This document shows, piece after piece, positions 17,720 through 28,869 of a stretch of DNA of 64,000 nucleotides. The first letter of the stretch is position 1. Each line of letters begins with the position of its first letter. Location of the stretch: positions 1 to 64,000 of IMG/VR virus record IMGVR_UViG_3300032282_005553; one strand, written 5' to 3'. The notes beneath the pieces are model-generated. The model did no database searches, was not told the DNA's origin, and saw only the letters and a program-made list of their open reading frames with translations. The position numbers and the translations under genes were made by a program. The DNA is from a virus.

Positions 17720-19095
17720 TGGCTACTCATTATGGAAATACTAAAGCTACTTTTTATAGAGATTTTGTAACTCAAAAAACTCTTAACCCTAGTGCTGGAT
17801 CTATAGGAGGACCAATAGTTTTTAGTCGAAGCACATCTGGAACATATATTGGTAGTGATGGATATATTAAAACAGCAGCAGCTAATGAACCAAGATTCAC
17901 ATATGAATATGATAGTAGTGGAGTACTACAATACAGAGGACTATATATTGATTCTCAAAGAACATCATATAACTATTTTAATTATAGTGAAGACTTTTCT
18001 CAAGCAGTTTGGACGAAAACAAATTCTAGCATAAGTTCCACATCCACTCTTTCTCCTGATGGGGTAACTAATGGATCTAAAATAAGTTTATCTTCATCTG
18101 GTGGAAATATAAATTACGCTTTGACTTCTGTTGGTAATGCTAATACATCTCTCAAGAGACAACTAACAGTTAGCATTATGGCGAAAGCGTCAGAATGCCA
18201 GCATTTAAATATTAAAATTGACAATGGAACCACTACCGTTGATTGCTATTATAATTTATCAACAGGAGCATTAGGAAATAACACCAATGGTTTGGGCTCC
18301 CACTACCCATCAGTATCTAATCAAAATGGCTTACAGTTTTTATATAAGCATATTTGCAATATGGGCAATGGATGGTATAGATGTATTTTAAGCGTTGAAG
18401 ATAGTATCACAGTCAGTTCTGCTAATTATACTATTAGCTTTATTCCTTCATCATCAGCGTCCTCTATTAGTTTAACTAATACTAATGATGGAATATTAAT
18501 ATGGGGAGCTATGGTTGACACCATATTACTTAGTTTTAACTATCATTATTGTTTTGCTAATTATATCAAAACTACTGGAAGTTCAGCTTCTTGTGGGGTT
18601 GAAACGTGTTATGTATCTAATGGTGACTCAACAGAAAATAATTTGTTAGCGGGCTATAGTGCTGATTCTTTTTCAATATATGCTGAATTTACTACTCCGT
18701 ATTTTTTTATAGGAGCAATTACAGGTACTATTATTAATCTTGGGGCAACGTCAAAATACAGCACCAGTAATAGTGCTAGTATGAGAATTAATACTAATCA
18801 AAATACAACCGGATATATTACTTACCTATATAGGCCTCCAGGAACACCAGCATACGACTTTAATGCCGGAGGGCCGGTCGCTATGTCTGCAATTAATAAT
18901 AAAATGATAATTACCAATAGACAATATGCTCCAATTATGTCTGCTATGAACGGGACCACAGGAACATCTGCTACTAACTTAGTTCCTCAAAAATTTAATA
19001 CTTTCTATTTGGGTGGAGTTGCTTGTTATAAAAAATTATTTTATGTTCCAACGTATTTTAATTCTAACCAATTAATAAGGTTAACCGCGCTATGA
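17719..19095 (+). CDS. virion spike/fibre protein with carbohydrate-binding-like domain
   Basis: FSRSTSGTYIGSDGYIKTAAANEPRF, YSEDFSQAVWTK, GNGWYRC, ILIWGA motifs common in phage spike proteins. Confidence 0.6.
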   Translation: MATHYGNTKATFYRDFVTQKTLNPSAGSIGGPIVFSRSTSGTYIGSDGYIKTAAANEPRFTYEYDSSGVLQYRGLYIDSQRTSYNYFNYSEDFSQAVWTKTNSSISSTSTLSPDGVTNGSKISLSSSGGNINYALTSVGNANTSLKRQLTVSIMAKASECQHLNIKIDNGTTTVDCYYNLSTGALGNNTNGLGSHYPSVSNQNGLQFLYKHICNMGNGWYRCILSVEDSITVSSANYTISFIPSSSASSISLTNTNDGILIWGAMVDTILLSFNYHYCFANYIKTTGSSASCGVETCYVSNGDSTENNLLAGYSADSFSIYAEFTTPYFFIGAITGTIINLGATSKYSTSNSASMRINTNQNTTGYITYLYRPPGTPAYDFNAGGPVAMSAINNKMIITNRQYAPIMSAMNGTTGTSATNLVPQKFNTFYLGGVACYKKLFYVPTYFNSNQLIRLTAL

Positions 19096-19274
19096 AAACT
19101 TTTGAAATTAATTGCATAATAAATGATAAAAAAAATCCATCAAATATACAAGAAGATATTGTTGATATTAGTTTAATTACTATTATTCAGGCTGAAGATT
19201 TAAGCTCAGCAATAGAACAATTATCAGCATCATATCAATTAAAAGAAATAATATCTATACAGGAAATTTTATGA
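19092..19274 (+). CDS. small hypothetical protein
   Basis: 60 aa, ATGA overlaps with both neighbours. Confidence 0.55.
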   Translation: MKTFEINCIINDKKNPSNIQEDIVDISLITIIQAEDLSSAIEQLSASYQLKEIISIQEIL

Positions 19275-19912
19275 GTTATAGTAATGGTCCAAAAATAATT
19301 ACAGATGGGTTGATTTTATATTGGGATATGGCAAATCCAAAAAGCTATACTAATGGATCATCAACTGTTTATGATATAAGCGGCAACAGTAGACATGGTA
19401 CTGCTAGTAATATAACTTACAGTTCAAATTTTAAAGGAGTAATTAGTACTAGTGGAACATCTACAAGTAATATTACTTTAAGTAATTCATCATTATCCTT
19501 GATTTCATCAAATCATACAGTAATTTGTGCAACAAGATATATAGGTCAAGTTTCTAATAGTAGGATTCTTACAGCATACAATAATTGGCTTCTTGGTCAC
19601 TGGAGTTCTGGGTCAACAAGATACTATGCTGGAGCTTTTATTAATAGTACAAATACTTTTGATTTAAATTGGAGAATTTATGCTGGAACAGGAGATATTG
19701 CTAATGATATATGGAATTTTTATATTAATGGAATATTATTAGATTCAAATAATTTAGGAAGCTATGGTCCAGATGGTATAAAAATTGGCGGCTATATTAG
19801 TAGTGAGAATAGTGATGGTCAATTTTCATTTTTACAAATATATAATCGAGTTTTGACATCGTCCGAGATTTTACAAAACTATAATGCTCTCAAAGGCCGC
19901 TTTAACCTATAG
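19271..19912 (+). CDS. LamG-like lectin domain protein (paralog of 17024..17719)
   Basis: GPKIITDGLILYWD...YDISGN...IYNRVLTSSEILQNYNALKGRFNL. Confidence 0.75.
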   Translation: MSYSNGPKIITDGLILYWDMANPKSYTNGSSTVYDISGNSRHGTASNITYSSNFKGVISTSGTSTSNITLSNSSLSLISSNHTVICATRYIGQVSNSRILTAYNNWLLGHWSSGSTRYYAGAFINSTNTFDLNWRIYAGTGDIANDIWNFYINGILLDSNNLGSYGPDGIKIGGYISSENSDGQFSFLQIYNRVLTSSEILQNYNALKGRFNL

Positions 19913-19927
19913 GTGTATAATACTATA
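19913..19927 (+). promoter_or_regulatory. putative late promoter GTGTA-N8-TA
   Basis: GTGTA taatacta TA in a 34-bp intergenic gap before a GGAG RBS. Confidence 0.55.
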
Positions 19928-19946
19928 TCAATAATGGAGAAACTAA

Positions 19947-22274
19947 ATGCCAGATATTATCATAACACCCAGTAGCGGTCTAATAGACTTTTTCCCAGTT
20001 AGCTCTAGAGTTGGCCGTATTGAAGGTTCTGGAAATACCATAAACATTCTTAATCCTTCTGGTTATGTGGCCGTTAGTGGCAGCGGTATGTCCGTTAACA
20101 CTTCTTCTCCTAATGCCACATTCCATGTAAACTCTGCTACTTCTGGTGCGACACTCTTAAATCTTGAAGGCACTAATGGCTCTTTATTTAGCGTGGTCGA
20201 TAATTTAAGCGGAAGCTTAATGAGTGTTAATAATAATGCTGGCTTGCCAGTATTTGAAGTTTTTAGTGATGACCGAGTAGTTGGTGGTCGTTTTGGTCAG
20301 AATGATTTTATAATGACTAGTGGTGGAAATGTTGGAATTGGAACGGGCGTTCCATCATCAAAATTCCATGTATTAGGAACTAGCACTTTTAATGGTGATG
20401 TATCTTCAACAGGATCTTTTATTGCTGGTTCTGGATCAGCAACGATACCTTCTTTTGAATTTATTAATGATGTTGATACTGGAATGTTTTCTCCAGCCGC
20501 TAACACTATAGCATTATCCACAAGCGGAGTGGAAAGAGTAAGAATAGATAATATTGGGAATGTTGGAATAGGAAATTCTCCTCAAAATGGTTTTAAATTA
20601 GATGTTCAAGGCGCTAGTGTTTTAAGAGGACAAATGAATATTGGAGGAGGCATTGTTGGTCAAAGCACAGATTTTGCAGCTATTCGTTATAATCTGAGTA
20701 GTACTGCTAATAGTAATTCTTATTCTTATGTTTGTAATGGTGGGGGAAATTTTGGGATAGGATTTCCATCTCCTAGCGGCCGAGTAGCAATTAGTGGCGG
20801 AGCATCAATAGGATCAAACTATAATTTAACTCCTCCAACAAATGGCTTAATTATTGAGGGAAATGTTGGCATTGGAACAACAACTCCAAGTAGTCAATTT
20901 CACGTTATTGGTAGCGGATTATTTGCTAGTGGTCTTGCTGTTACTGGTTTAATAACAAGTAATAGTGGTAATTTTATTAATAGTTTAACAGTTAATAGTA
21001 CCGGCGTTAGTATTAGTGGACATACTCATACCTCATCCGATATTAGTAATTTTAACAGTAGTGTTAGTGGCTTATTACCATCTAATATAGTATATACAAC
21101 AGGAACTCAAAGCGTAGGTGGAGTCAAAACATTTAATAATCGACCAGTCTTTAACTCTGGCATCACACTTAGCGACGGATTACCAGATGTACTGCTAACT
21201 TTAACTCATAATAGTATATCGTCTACTGATGGTGCTAGTATCGGCATAAGTGACAATCTATCCTTTTCTGCTAGCAACACATCATTTAATTATTGGTCTG
21301 CGGGTGGAGAAAATGTCTCTTTCTATGACAACGATACTACTACAGATATTTTAAGAATTACTGACAGAATTTCTGTAAGATCTCCTAATGGATTAGTCTC
21401 TGGAACTTATTTTCCAGTATGGGTAACTAATCCTAGCGGTAGCGCTCAGGCCATATCTTCAAGAACAGCAGCTGAATTATTGGGCGATATTAGAGGTTAT
21501 CCCTCTAGTAATCCGAGTGGATATACAACTAATGTTGGAACTGTTACTAGCGTAGCTGCCTTAACTCTCGGCACTACTGGCACTGATGTTACTAGCACAG
21601 TTGTTAGTGGAACCACAACTCCGGTTATTACTCTTAATATCCCAACAGCGTCGGCCTCTAATAGAGGAGCTTTAAGTAGCACCGACTGGACCACCTTTAA
21701 TAATAAACAATCAGCATTGACGAATCCGGTTACTGGAACTGGAGCATCTAATCATATTGCTTATTGGACTAGTAGTAGCAGTATAGCTCATGACTCTAAT
21801 CAATTAGTTTGGGATAGTACTAATAACAGACTTGGTATAGGAACAACATCCCCAACATCTCAACTTCACGTTATTGGCAGTGGGATAATATCTAGCGGAT
21901 TGAGCGTAAGTGGATCATTAAGTCTGAATGGCTCTGGCGTTGGCCTATATGATACTTCAGTATTTAATCTTGGAACCATAAGTGGAACTAACGCTATTAA
22001 TTGTGGTCAAGATCGTCAAATACAGACATTAACGCTTAATGGAACAGCAACAACTTTTACAACAGGAACTGGTTGGCCCTCAAGCAGTTCTGTATCAAGA
22101 GAAACTACCCTTAATATTTTTGCTAGCGGAAATACTAGCGTTACTTGGACTATAGTGAATGATTGGTACCGACAACCAGATTCTCCGTTACCAAGCGGAA
22201 AACATATTGTGCTATTGCGATCAGTTGGAAGCGGAACCATGCAAGGACACTACATAGGCAATAAGACTAACTAA
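19947..22274 (+). CDS. fibre protein
   Basis: Repeated GNVGIGTxxP modules, HTH(T)SSDI segment, C-terminal module shared with 25327..26730. Confidence 0.7.
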   Translation: MPDIIITPSSGLIDFFPVSSRVGRIEGSGNTINILNPSGYVAVSGSGMSVNTSSPNATFHVNSATSGATLLNLEGTNGSLFSVVDNLSGSLMSVNNNAGLPVFEVFSDDRVVGGRFGQNDFIMTSGGNVGIGTGVPSSKFHVLGTSTFNGDVSSTGSFIAGSGSATIPSFEFINDVDTGMFSPAANTIALSTSGVERVRIDNIGNVGIGNSPQNGFKLDVQGASVLRGQMNIGGGIVGQSTDFAAIRYNLSSTANSNSYSYVCNGGGNFGIGFPSPSGRVAISGGASIGSNYNLTPPTNGLIIEGNVGIGTTTPSSQFHVIGSGLFASGLAVTGLITSNSGNFINSLTVNSTGVSISGHTHTSSDISNFNSSVSGLLPSNIVYTTGTQSVGGVKTFNNRPVFNSGITLSDGLPDVLLTLTHNSISSTDGASIGISDNLSFSASNTSFNYWSAGGENVSFYDNDTTTDILRITDRISVRSPNGLVSGTYFPVWVTNPSGSAQAISSRTAAELLGDIRGYPSSNPSGYTTNVGTVTSVAALTLGTTGTDVTSTVVSGTTTPVITLNIPTASASNRGALSSTDWTTFNNKQSALTNPVTGTGASNHIAYWTSSSSIAHDSNQLVWDSTNNRLGIGTTSPTSQLHVIGSGIISSGLSVSGSLSLNGSGVGLYDTSVFNLGTISGTNAINCGQDRQIQTLTLNGTATTFTTGTGWPSSSSVSRETTLNIFASGNTSVTWTIVNDWYRQPDSPLPSGKHIVLLRSVGSGTMQGHYIGNKTN

Positions 22275-22275
22275 T

Positions 22276-23544
22276 ATGAGCAGTTTATTAGCTTCAACAC
22301 CAAAAACTTACCCAGCAAGTTTAGTAATAAATTGCGAAACAGCATCTATCAGCGATAGTAGCTCATATAATCACACAATAAATCTAAATAATGGTGCTAC
22401 TTACGATACAACTAATAAGTACATAAATTTTGATGGAACCAATGATTATATATCTATAGCAGATTCTGCTTCTTTAGGTATGGGAACATCAGATTTTACC
22501 GCCGAGTGTTGGGTATATCCAGAAGAGTATAGTACTAATGGTAGCGATTTATCAGCATTAATAGAAAATAGAACATCGACCTCTAGTGGAGGATTCCTAT
22601 TATGGCTAGCAGCAGATTCGAAGTTTGTATTTTATACCAGCGCAGACGACAACGCAACCCAAAGGGCTGTATCAAGCTTATCTAGCGCTATCTTAAATAG
22701 ATGGACACATGTTGCTGGCGTAAGAAGCAATGGAGTATTAAAACTATATGTAAATGGTATACTTCATGGAACAGATACGGGAGCATCCGGATCGCCAGAT
22801 AATTTATCTCCATCTAATTCTAGTAGCATATTGTTAGGAACAGCTATAGACGGTCCAGGAGGCTATAGAAATCTTAAAGGTAAATTAGATAACATAAGAA
22901 TAGTCAAGGGTATTGCATTATACGATAAGCAATTTTCTCCTCCGTCTAGAGAAAACTCTTTATCCAAGAATAGTATCACATTACCAAATACTGTTGGTCA
23001 TTTAATCTTAACTACTACCAAAAGTAGTGGATCTGTTTCTGGAACTATAACAACTACCAGTTCATATTATACTGTGCAGTGGTGGGATGGAACAAAAAAT
23101 ACTTACAGTTCTGGATCTTCATTTAGTAAAACTGCAGTGGGCGGTAGTCAAGTATTCTATGTATACCCCTCCACTTCTGCTGGAGTAATCAATGGATATA
23201 TATTACAATCTACATTATCTAATAATAATATTACTAATATAAGAGCTCCTTATAGTGCATATCTTAGTCAACCAGGTACTATCGGTACTACCGGTGGAAC
23301 ATGGCAATTTTACGGATATCCTTATTACTACAGTATATTTGTGCCTGGTAATAGTATTTTTATTCCAGGAGCAGCATATGTTTTAGATATTTCTAATAAT
23401 AGTTTATCAGCATCTGCCCTAAACCAATTGTATTCTGATTTAATCGATGGAGATGGTAGTATAAATATAACAGGAAATACGGGATCATCATCAGATAATG
23501 CTAGTATAGCAACAAATAAAGGATATACTATTATAGGAGGATAA
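22276..23544 (+). CDS. LamG domain protein with LRR-like C-terminal cap
   Basis: FDGTNDYI, DFTAECWVYP, WTHVAGVR, KLYVNG, GKLDNIRI; ends LDISNNSLSASALNQLY...ATNKGYTI. Confidence 0.75.
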   Translation: MSSLLASTPKTYPASLVINCETASISDSSSYNHTINLNNGATYDTTNKYINFDGTNDYISIADSASLGMGTSDFTAECWVYPEEYSTNGSDLSALIENRTSTSSGGFLLWLAADSKFVFYTSADDNATQRAVSSLSSAILNRWTHVAGVRSNGVLKLYVNGILHGTDTGASGSPDNLSPSNSSSILLGTAIDGPGGYRNLKGKLDNIRIVKGIALYDKQFSPPSRENSLSKNSITLPNTVGHLILTTTKSSGSVSGTITTTSSYYTVQWWDGTKNTYSSGSSFSKTAVGGSQVFYVYPSTSAGVINGYILQSTLSNNNITNIRAPYSAYLSQPGTIGTTGGTWQFYGYPYYYSIFVPGNSIFIPGAAYVLDISNNSLSASALNQLYSDLIDGDGSINITGNTGSSSDNASIATNKGYTIIGG

Positions 23545-24288
23545 ATGTATTATTATATAACTCCAAATTACAATGTTGCGCTAAATGCAAAAGTTGGATC
23601 TTCTACTATAGCGAGATCCATTATTAAAGAATTTTATCCTGACATAAATAAAAAAATATTAAATATAAAAAATCCACCACATATTTCTGAGACAGATAGA
23701 CAGTGGCATCATCTGTGTCCAGGAACATCTGATCCAGATAAACCAATAATTCTTTTTGTCAGAGATCCAATTGATAGATTTATTAGCGCATGTCAACAGA
23801 TAGGTATTTTAGATCACAATATTAAAGAATTAATAAATTCATTAATTAATGATGATTATTTTATTAAAGCTAAATACAGTAATATATTACTACCCAATAG
23901 AGAAGAAGAAATTGAAAAAATAAATAAAATTAATAATAAAAGACTTAAAGAAAGAGAATACAAGATTAAAAATAATCTTAAAGTAATGCCAAAATTTAAA
24001 AGATATGGTTTTATCAGAGATGATGTCCATTTTTTTCATCAGTATCGATATATAAAAATTTATGCATATTGTTTTAAATTTCCTGATGATTTTATAGCTG
24101 GTCTTAGATTCATAGGTATTAAAGATGATATATCTCATTCCAACATGGCTAAAAGATTTAAAATTACACTATCAAATCAAGACAGAGACACTATCGAACA
24201 GTACTATAAAAAAGATACAGAGCTGTTCAATTTAGTTACAGAACCCGGTAAATTAATTAACCTACAAGGAGAACTATTATGCCACTAG
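23545..24288 (+). CDS. sulfotransferase (Sulfotransfer_2-like)
   Basis: NAKVGSSTI (5'-PSB-like), FVRDPIDRFISA (3'-PB), HFFHQ, YYKKDTELF. Confidence 0.7.
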   Translation: MYYYITPNYNVALNAKVGSSTIARSIIKEFYPDINKKILNIKNPPHISETDRQWHHLCPGTSDPDKPIILFVRDPIDRFISACQQIGILDHNIKELINSLINDDYFIKAKYSNILLPNREEEIEKINKINNKRLKEREYKIKNNLKVMPKFKRYGFIRDDVHFFHQYRYIKIYAYCFKFPDDFIAGLRFIGIKDDISHSNMAKRFKITLSNQDRDTIEQYYKKDTELFNLVTEPGKLINLQGELLCH

Positions 24289-24617
24289 ACTTCGCACCCA
24301 AACCTACGCCAACACAACCATCAGAAATAGCGGATGCTCTCAGAACTCAAGCTACAAATATATATAATAATATGGTTAATGTTTTTAATAGAGGTTCTAA
24401 AATGTTTTGGGATAATCCTAATGCAACTCCAGAACAAATAGCAGCTTCATTAGGTCCAGATGCTAAACAATTATTTCAACTTCATTATCAATTAGGTCAA
24501 TTAATTTCTAGTGTTGATCCGTTGGCAATATATCCTGGATCTTCTGTAATTGGTCAATTCACGATGAATGAGGATGGTACAGTAACCATACTAAATAATT
24601 ACCCAACACCAGAATAG
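24279..24617 (+). CDS. hypothetical protein
   Basis: 112 aa, AGGAG RBS, overlaps upstream stop. Confidence 0.65.
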   Translation: MPLDFAPKPTPTQPSEIADALRTQATNIYNNMVNVFNRGSKMFWDNPNATPEQIAASLGPDAKQLFQLHYQLGQLISSVDPLAIYPGSSVIGQFTMNEDGTVTILNNYPTPE

Positions 24618-24794
24618 TAATGATCTGATCATATTGACTACTATCTAGATTTATTTAATATAATCTGTAGATTTGTTTTTAAAGGAATTCATGAAAATCT
24701 TAGAGAACTTTAACTAATTTTTGTAATATTATCTATAAAATAATCTTTATTATATATTCTCTAAATCAATTATAATAGATCAGAAATAAATACT

Positions 24795-25310
24795 ATGTCA
24801 AATATTATAAAACATAAAAGAAGCAATATTTCCGGACTTGTTCCTAGTACAGGAAGTATTGAACAAGCAGAATTGGCCATTAATATCTTTGATGGAAAAT
24901 TATATACTAAAAATAGTAGCAATTCTATTATTAATCTTGGAGTTACTAGTATAAGCGGAACAAGTATAACTCCAGATAGTGGTAATTTTACTAATAGTTT
25001 ACAAGTTAATGGTAGTGGAGTTAGTCTTATTGGGCATTCTCATACATCTTCAGACATTATAAACTTTAATAGCAGCGTCAACGGACTAGTAAATGGAATA
25101 TATGCCCCATTAAATAGTCCATTGTTCACAGGAATACCAATAGTACCTACAGCAGCTAGTGGAACTAATACTAATCAAATAGCCAGTACATCATTTGTTA
25201 AAAATGAGATAAATAATACTATAACATCAATCATAAGTATAGATGGCGGCTCATCAACAACATTAGACCAATACATTATAATAGATGGTGGATCGGCTAC
25301 CACAGTATAA
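24795..25310 (+). CDS. short fibre-linker protein
   Basis: IIKHKRS...AELAINIFDGKLY; SPLFTGIPIVPTAASGTNTNQIAST; two IDGG motifs at the C-terminus. Confidence 0.7.
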   Translation: MSNIIKHKRSNISGLVPSTGSIEQAELAINIFDGKLYTKNSSNSIINLGVTSISGTSITPDSGNFTNSLQVNGSGVSLIGHSHTSSDIINFNSSVNGLVNGIYAPLNSPLFTGIPIVPTAASGTNTNQIASTSFVKNEINNTITSIISIDGGSSTTLDQYIIIDGGSATTV

Positions 25311-25326
25311 AAGGAGAATAATACTC

Positions 25327-26730
25327 ATGACTCGTATGCAACAAAGAAGAGACACAGCCATTAATTGGACAAATACTAATCCAACTTTAGCTGCTGGCGA
25401 ATTCGGCACAGAAACAGACACTTTAAAAGTAAAAATAGGAAACGGATCATTAGCATGGAATAATTTATCATATATTGATACAACTTTACAAAATTTAGTC
25501 AATACTAAATCTCCGATATCTAATCCATCTTTTAGTGGAATTGCTTCAGCTCCTACAGGCAGTTTTATAAGTGTTGGGATAGGAACAACAACTCCCAGTG
25601 GAGAACTGCACATTATTAGCACTGGCATTGGTGCCATGATTGGGTCATACAATACATGGACAGATGGTGGCAAATTAAGGATTTATAATGATGATAATGA
25701 TTCTCAACCGCAATCTATAAAATCATTCGTATCCAAAACCGGAGTAGGATTAAATATCGCGGTTAATGGCACAAGCTATACTGTTAGCGGCAATGGATCT
25801 GGAACCAATATTGGTCTTTATGGATATGCTAGTAATGGCTCAGGCAATTATGGATTATATGTTGATGCTGGATATGGTTATTTTAATAGCAGAGTTGGTA
25901 TAGGTACAACAACTCCAAATAGTCAACTTCATGTAGTTGGTACTGGAATATTCTCTAGTTCATTACTAGTTAACAATAATATTGTTTGGCACAGTGGTAA
26001 TTTTGATAATAGTAATATTGTCAGAACTACGGGAACTCAAACTATTGGTGCAAATAAAACATTTTCTTTACCTAGCAATAATGATGCATTAATTATAGGA
26101 AATAATAGTTTAGGTTTTCGTGACGGAAGTGGTGATTCAGACTTTAACAGTTTAGCAGGAGGAGAATTAAATCTTGAACTAACTACTAATAATGGTTTGG
26201 GTACAAAGTTTTTTGTTGGTAGTGGTAGTGTTGGAATTAGTAATGTTGTAGACGGTGGCGGCAGTGGTCCATATCGTAATAGATTATTTTTTAATGTTGC
26301 TTCTTCTACCTCTTATCCTGGTGGAAATACCACTCTCACAACAAGTTCTGTAACCGGTAATATTACTATAGCTTTACCTAATACTAGTGGCACATTAGCA
26401 TTATTAAATAACAATATATTTATATTAGGCGCTGTTTCTGGATCAACAGCTATTAATTTTGCATCAGATAAACAGCTTCAAACTATGACACTGGGAGGAA
26501 CTGCGACAACTTTTACAAAAGGAAGTGGCTGGCCCTCCAATAATACAAGCGTAGATGTTGTTCTTCGTACAACAGTAACTTCCGCCACAAGCATAACTTG
26601 GACCATAGTAAACGATTGGTTCAATCAGCCACCAGCGGGTGCCTTATCAATTGGTACACATTTATTTTTATTAAGGGCTATAGGTTCTTCTATTGTAGAA
26701 GGACATTACATAGGAAGCAAAACAAATTAA
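25327..26730 (+). CDS. fibre protein with Mtd-N N-terminus
   Basis: AAGGAG RBS, ATG 25327; RMQQRRDTAINW...GEFGTETDTLKVKIGNG; ends GHYIGSKTN. Confidence 0.75.
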   Translation: MTRMQQRRDTAINWTNTNPTLAAGEFGTETDTLKVKIGNGSLAWNNLSYIDTTLQNLVNTKSPISNPSFSGIASAPTGSFISVGIGTTTPSGELHIISTGIGAMIGSYNTWTDGGKLRIYNDDNDSQPQSIKSFVSKTGVGLNIAVNGTSYTVSGNGSGTNIGLYGYASNGSGNYGLYVDAGYGYFNSRVGIGTTTPNSQLHVVGTGIFSSSLLVNNNIVWHSGNFDNSNIVRTTGTQTIGANKTFSLPSNNDALIIGNNSLGFRDGSGDSDFNSLAGGELNLELTTNNGLGTKFFVGSGSVGISNVVDGGGSGPYRNRLFFNVASSTSYPGGNTTLTTSSVTGNITIALPNTSGTLALLNNNIFILGAVSGSTAINFASDKQLQTMTLGGTATTFTKGSGWPSNNTSVDVVLRTTVTSATSITWTIVNDWFNQPPAGALSIGTHLFLLRAIGSSIVEGHYIGSKTN

Positions 26731-26738
26731 GGTGAATT

Positions 26739-27236
26739 ATGTTTTATAATAAGCAAACACAAGAAATACTAAATTCATGCCCGCTAGATGGATATCTGTT
26801 AGATGGAAGTCTGGTCCAGGGTTTAAATATAGCTGATTTTAATACGCAAAAATCTTGCGGTATTCTGCCTATTTTGTCGGATACTCCTGAACAACCAGCA
26901 AATACGATAGAGGATGAAAGTCAAAGAATAGTTAACATTGAAAATGATGAAGTTAGTATCCTAAGAACATGGATATCTGCTCCAGTTGTTATACCAGAAA
27001 CTATTAGCGCTAGACAAATAAGATTATGGTTAATTGATAATAACATTAATTTAAATTCTGTTGATGAAGCAATCAATACTATACAAGATGAAAAATTACG
27101 AGCTAAAACTTTGGTAGAATGGGAATTTGCTCCATATATAGAAAGAAATCATCCTTTAATTGAAAGTTTAGCTTTATATCTAGGTTTAACTTCTCAACAA
27201 ATAGATCAAGGCTTTATAGAGGCTGCAATATTATGA
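26739..27236 (+). CDS. fibre-associated hypothetical protein
   Basis: ISARQIRLWL...EWEFAPYIERNHPL...QIDQGFIEAA, a pattern often seen next to fibre genes. Confidence 0.55.
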   Translation: MFYNKQTQEILNSCPLDGYLLDGSLVQGLNIADFNTQKSCGILPILSDTPEQPANTIEDESQRIVNIENDEVSILRTWISAPVVIPETISARQIRLWLIDNNINLNSVDEAINTIQDEKLRAKTLVEWEFAPYIERNHPLIESLALYLGLTSQQIDQGFIEAAIL

Positions 27237-28144
27237 GTTTTAATAGCAATAACATATTAATTGGTTCAGCTAAAATACCTTTTTGGCAGACAAATAGTTC
27301 TGGAACCGTCAGTATAAATACTACATTCACAGGTACTGCACAGATTGATTGGGGAGATGGAACCATATCATCTATTGTTTCTTCAAATTCTATATCTCAT
27401 ACCTTTACTGGATCAACAAAAATAAATTATGTTTTTTCTAATGGAAATTCTGCCATAACTCGTATAGCACAACCTAATCCAATTGGTAATAAAGTGGGTG
27501 GCAGCATTAATGTATCTAGATTTCAAAATCTAAACTCTTTATCACTTGGACAGTATAATTTATCATCAGTAATTTGGAATTATAATTCAACACTTTTGAC
27601 ATATATTAATTTTGCAAATAATGCTGTTACAGGTTCTATTCCAGGCCTTGACAATCATACTGCTTTATCTACTTTTATCTGTAATGCTAATCAACTTACT
27701 GGAAATATTCCAAGTTTGAATTCTAATACTTCTATTGTAAATTTTACATGTAATGGAAATCAATTAACTGGTTCAATTCCAAGTTTAAGTAATAATACTG
27801 CTCTCACAACTTTTAATTGTCAAAATAATTCACTTAGTGGCTCTATTCCAAACTTAAGCAATAATACTTCATTAGCTTCATTTTTATGTCATGCAAATAA
27901 TTTAACAGATTTTAGCGGGGGAACAGTATCATCAACTCTTGGTGATTTTAGAGCATATTCTAATAGACTTACCTCTACTGCCATAAATGCAATATTAGCA
28001 GCATTTGTTGCTGCTGGTAGAACTAGTTCAAACGGAACATGCATTTTGAATTTAGGCCCAGGAGGAAATGCAGCACCAACCGGACAAGGTATTACAGATA
28101 AAAATACTTTAATATCTCGCGGCTGGACAGTAACTACGTCTTAA
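27233..28144 (+). CDS. leucine-rich repeat protein
   Basis: IDWGDG then 23-aa repeats NQLTGSIPSLSNNTALTTFNC. Confidence 0.8.
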   Translation: MSFNSNNILIGSAKIPFWQTNSSGTVSINTTFTGTAQIDWGDGTISSIVSSNSISHTFTGSTKINYVFSNGNSAITRIAQPNPIGNKVGGSINVSRFQNLNSLSLGQYNLSSVIWNYNSTLLTYINFANNAVTGSIPGLDNHTALSTFICNANQLTGNIPSLNSNTSIVNFTCNGNQLTGSIPSLSNNTALTTFNCQNNSLSGSIPNLSNNTSLASFLCHANNLTDFSGGTVSSTLGDFRAYSNRLTSTAINAILAAFVAAGRTSSNGTCILNLGPGGNAAPTGQGITDKNTLISRGWTVTTS

Positions 28145-28171
28145 AAAATAACACTAATACTAAAGAAATAT

Positions 28172-28268
28172 ATTCTAGCTCAATTAAACTAGAAACTATG
28201 TTGGTATGATTAAATTTAATTGGTCAATTTACAATGAGTAAAAATTTTATGATAACTATGCTGTCACC
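28172..28268 (+). pseudogene. decayed copy of the 3' end of 24279..24617
   Basis: 28217-28259 matches 24547-24589 at 31/43 nt by hand count (IGQFTMSKNFMIT vs IGQFTMNEDGTVT); in-frame stop upstream. Confidence 0.5.
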
Positions 28269-28295
28269 AAGTGGTAATACATAATACTATTATGG

Positions 28296-28311
28296 GTGTA
28301 TACTACTAATA
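28296..28311 (+). promoter_or_regulatory. putative late promoter (GTGTA motif)
   Basis: GGTGTATACTACTAATA upstream of the head-tail adaptor gene. Confidence 0.45.
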
Positions 28312-28341
28312 TAGTATATTCATTTAACAAAAGGCCACATT

Positions 28342-28857
28342 ATGTCATGGCAAACTGAAATACCAATAATTGTAAGAACATTAATAAATGACTGGTCTGA
28401 TCAGCCAGTTTATAGCGATGAAAGAATTATTCAAGTAATTACTGTAGCGGCTAAATATGTTCAATTTGATGTTTCACTAGACCACCAGTATCAGATAGAT
28501 GTTGGGAATCTAACGCTAGAGCCGGACCCTACAACAAATAAAGATGAAATTTTTGTTAGCTTAGTTTCTCTTAAATCAGCGTGTTTAATTGACCAAAGCA
28601 ATCTAAGAACTAAGGCAGCAATCGAAGGTATAAGAGCGGCCCTAGGCCCGGCTAGCTTGAGTGTTGGAGGAAGTCTTGAGGGAATAAGGATGGTACTAGA
28701 ACATGGTCCTTGCGCACTTTATGAAGAACTTACATCTCATTGGGATGTTAAGGATGCTACTGCTATTAGAGCAATTCTTAGTCCATTCGTTGGAAATAAT
28801 TTCAATCCAAGATATATTCAGAGTTACGGATACAGAGCACGAGACTTTTATTCATAA
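28342..28857 (+). CDS. putative head-tail adaptor (connector) protein
   Basis: IVRTLINDWSDQPVYSDERI, adaptor-like N-terminus; size and synteny. Confidence 0.55.
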   Translation: MSWQTEIPIIVRTLINDWSDQPVYSDERIIQVITVAAKYVQFDVSLDHQYQIDVGNLTLEPDPTTNKDEIFVSLVSLKSACLIDQSNLRTKAAIEGIRAALGPASLSVGGSLEGIRMVLEHGPCALYEELTSHWDVKDATAIRAILSPFVGNNFNPRYIQSYGYRARDFYS

Positions 28858-28869
28858 TAGGATAACATT

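Noticed and set aside
24618-24794. AT-rich intergenic gap as ncRNA or origin
   Set aside because: I found no stable hairpin, iterons or recognisable motif.
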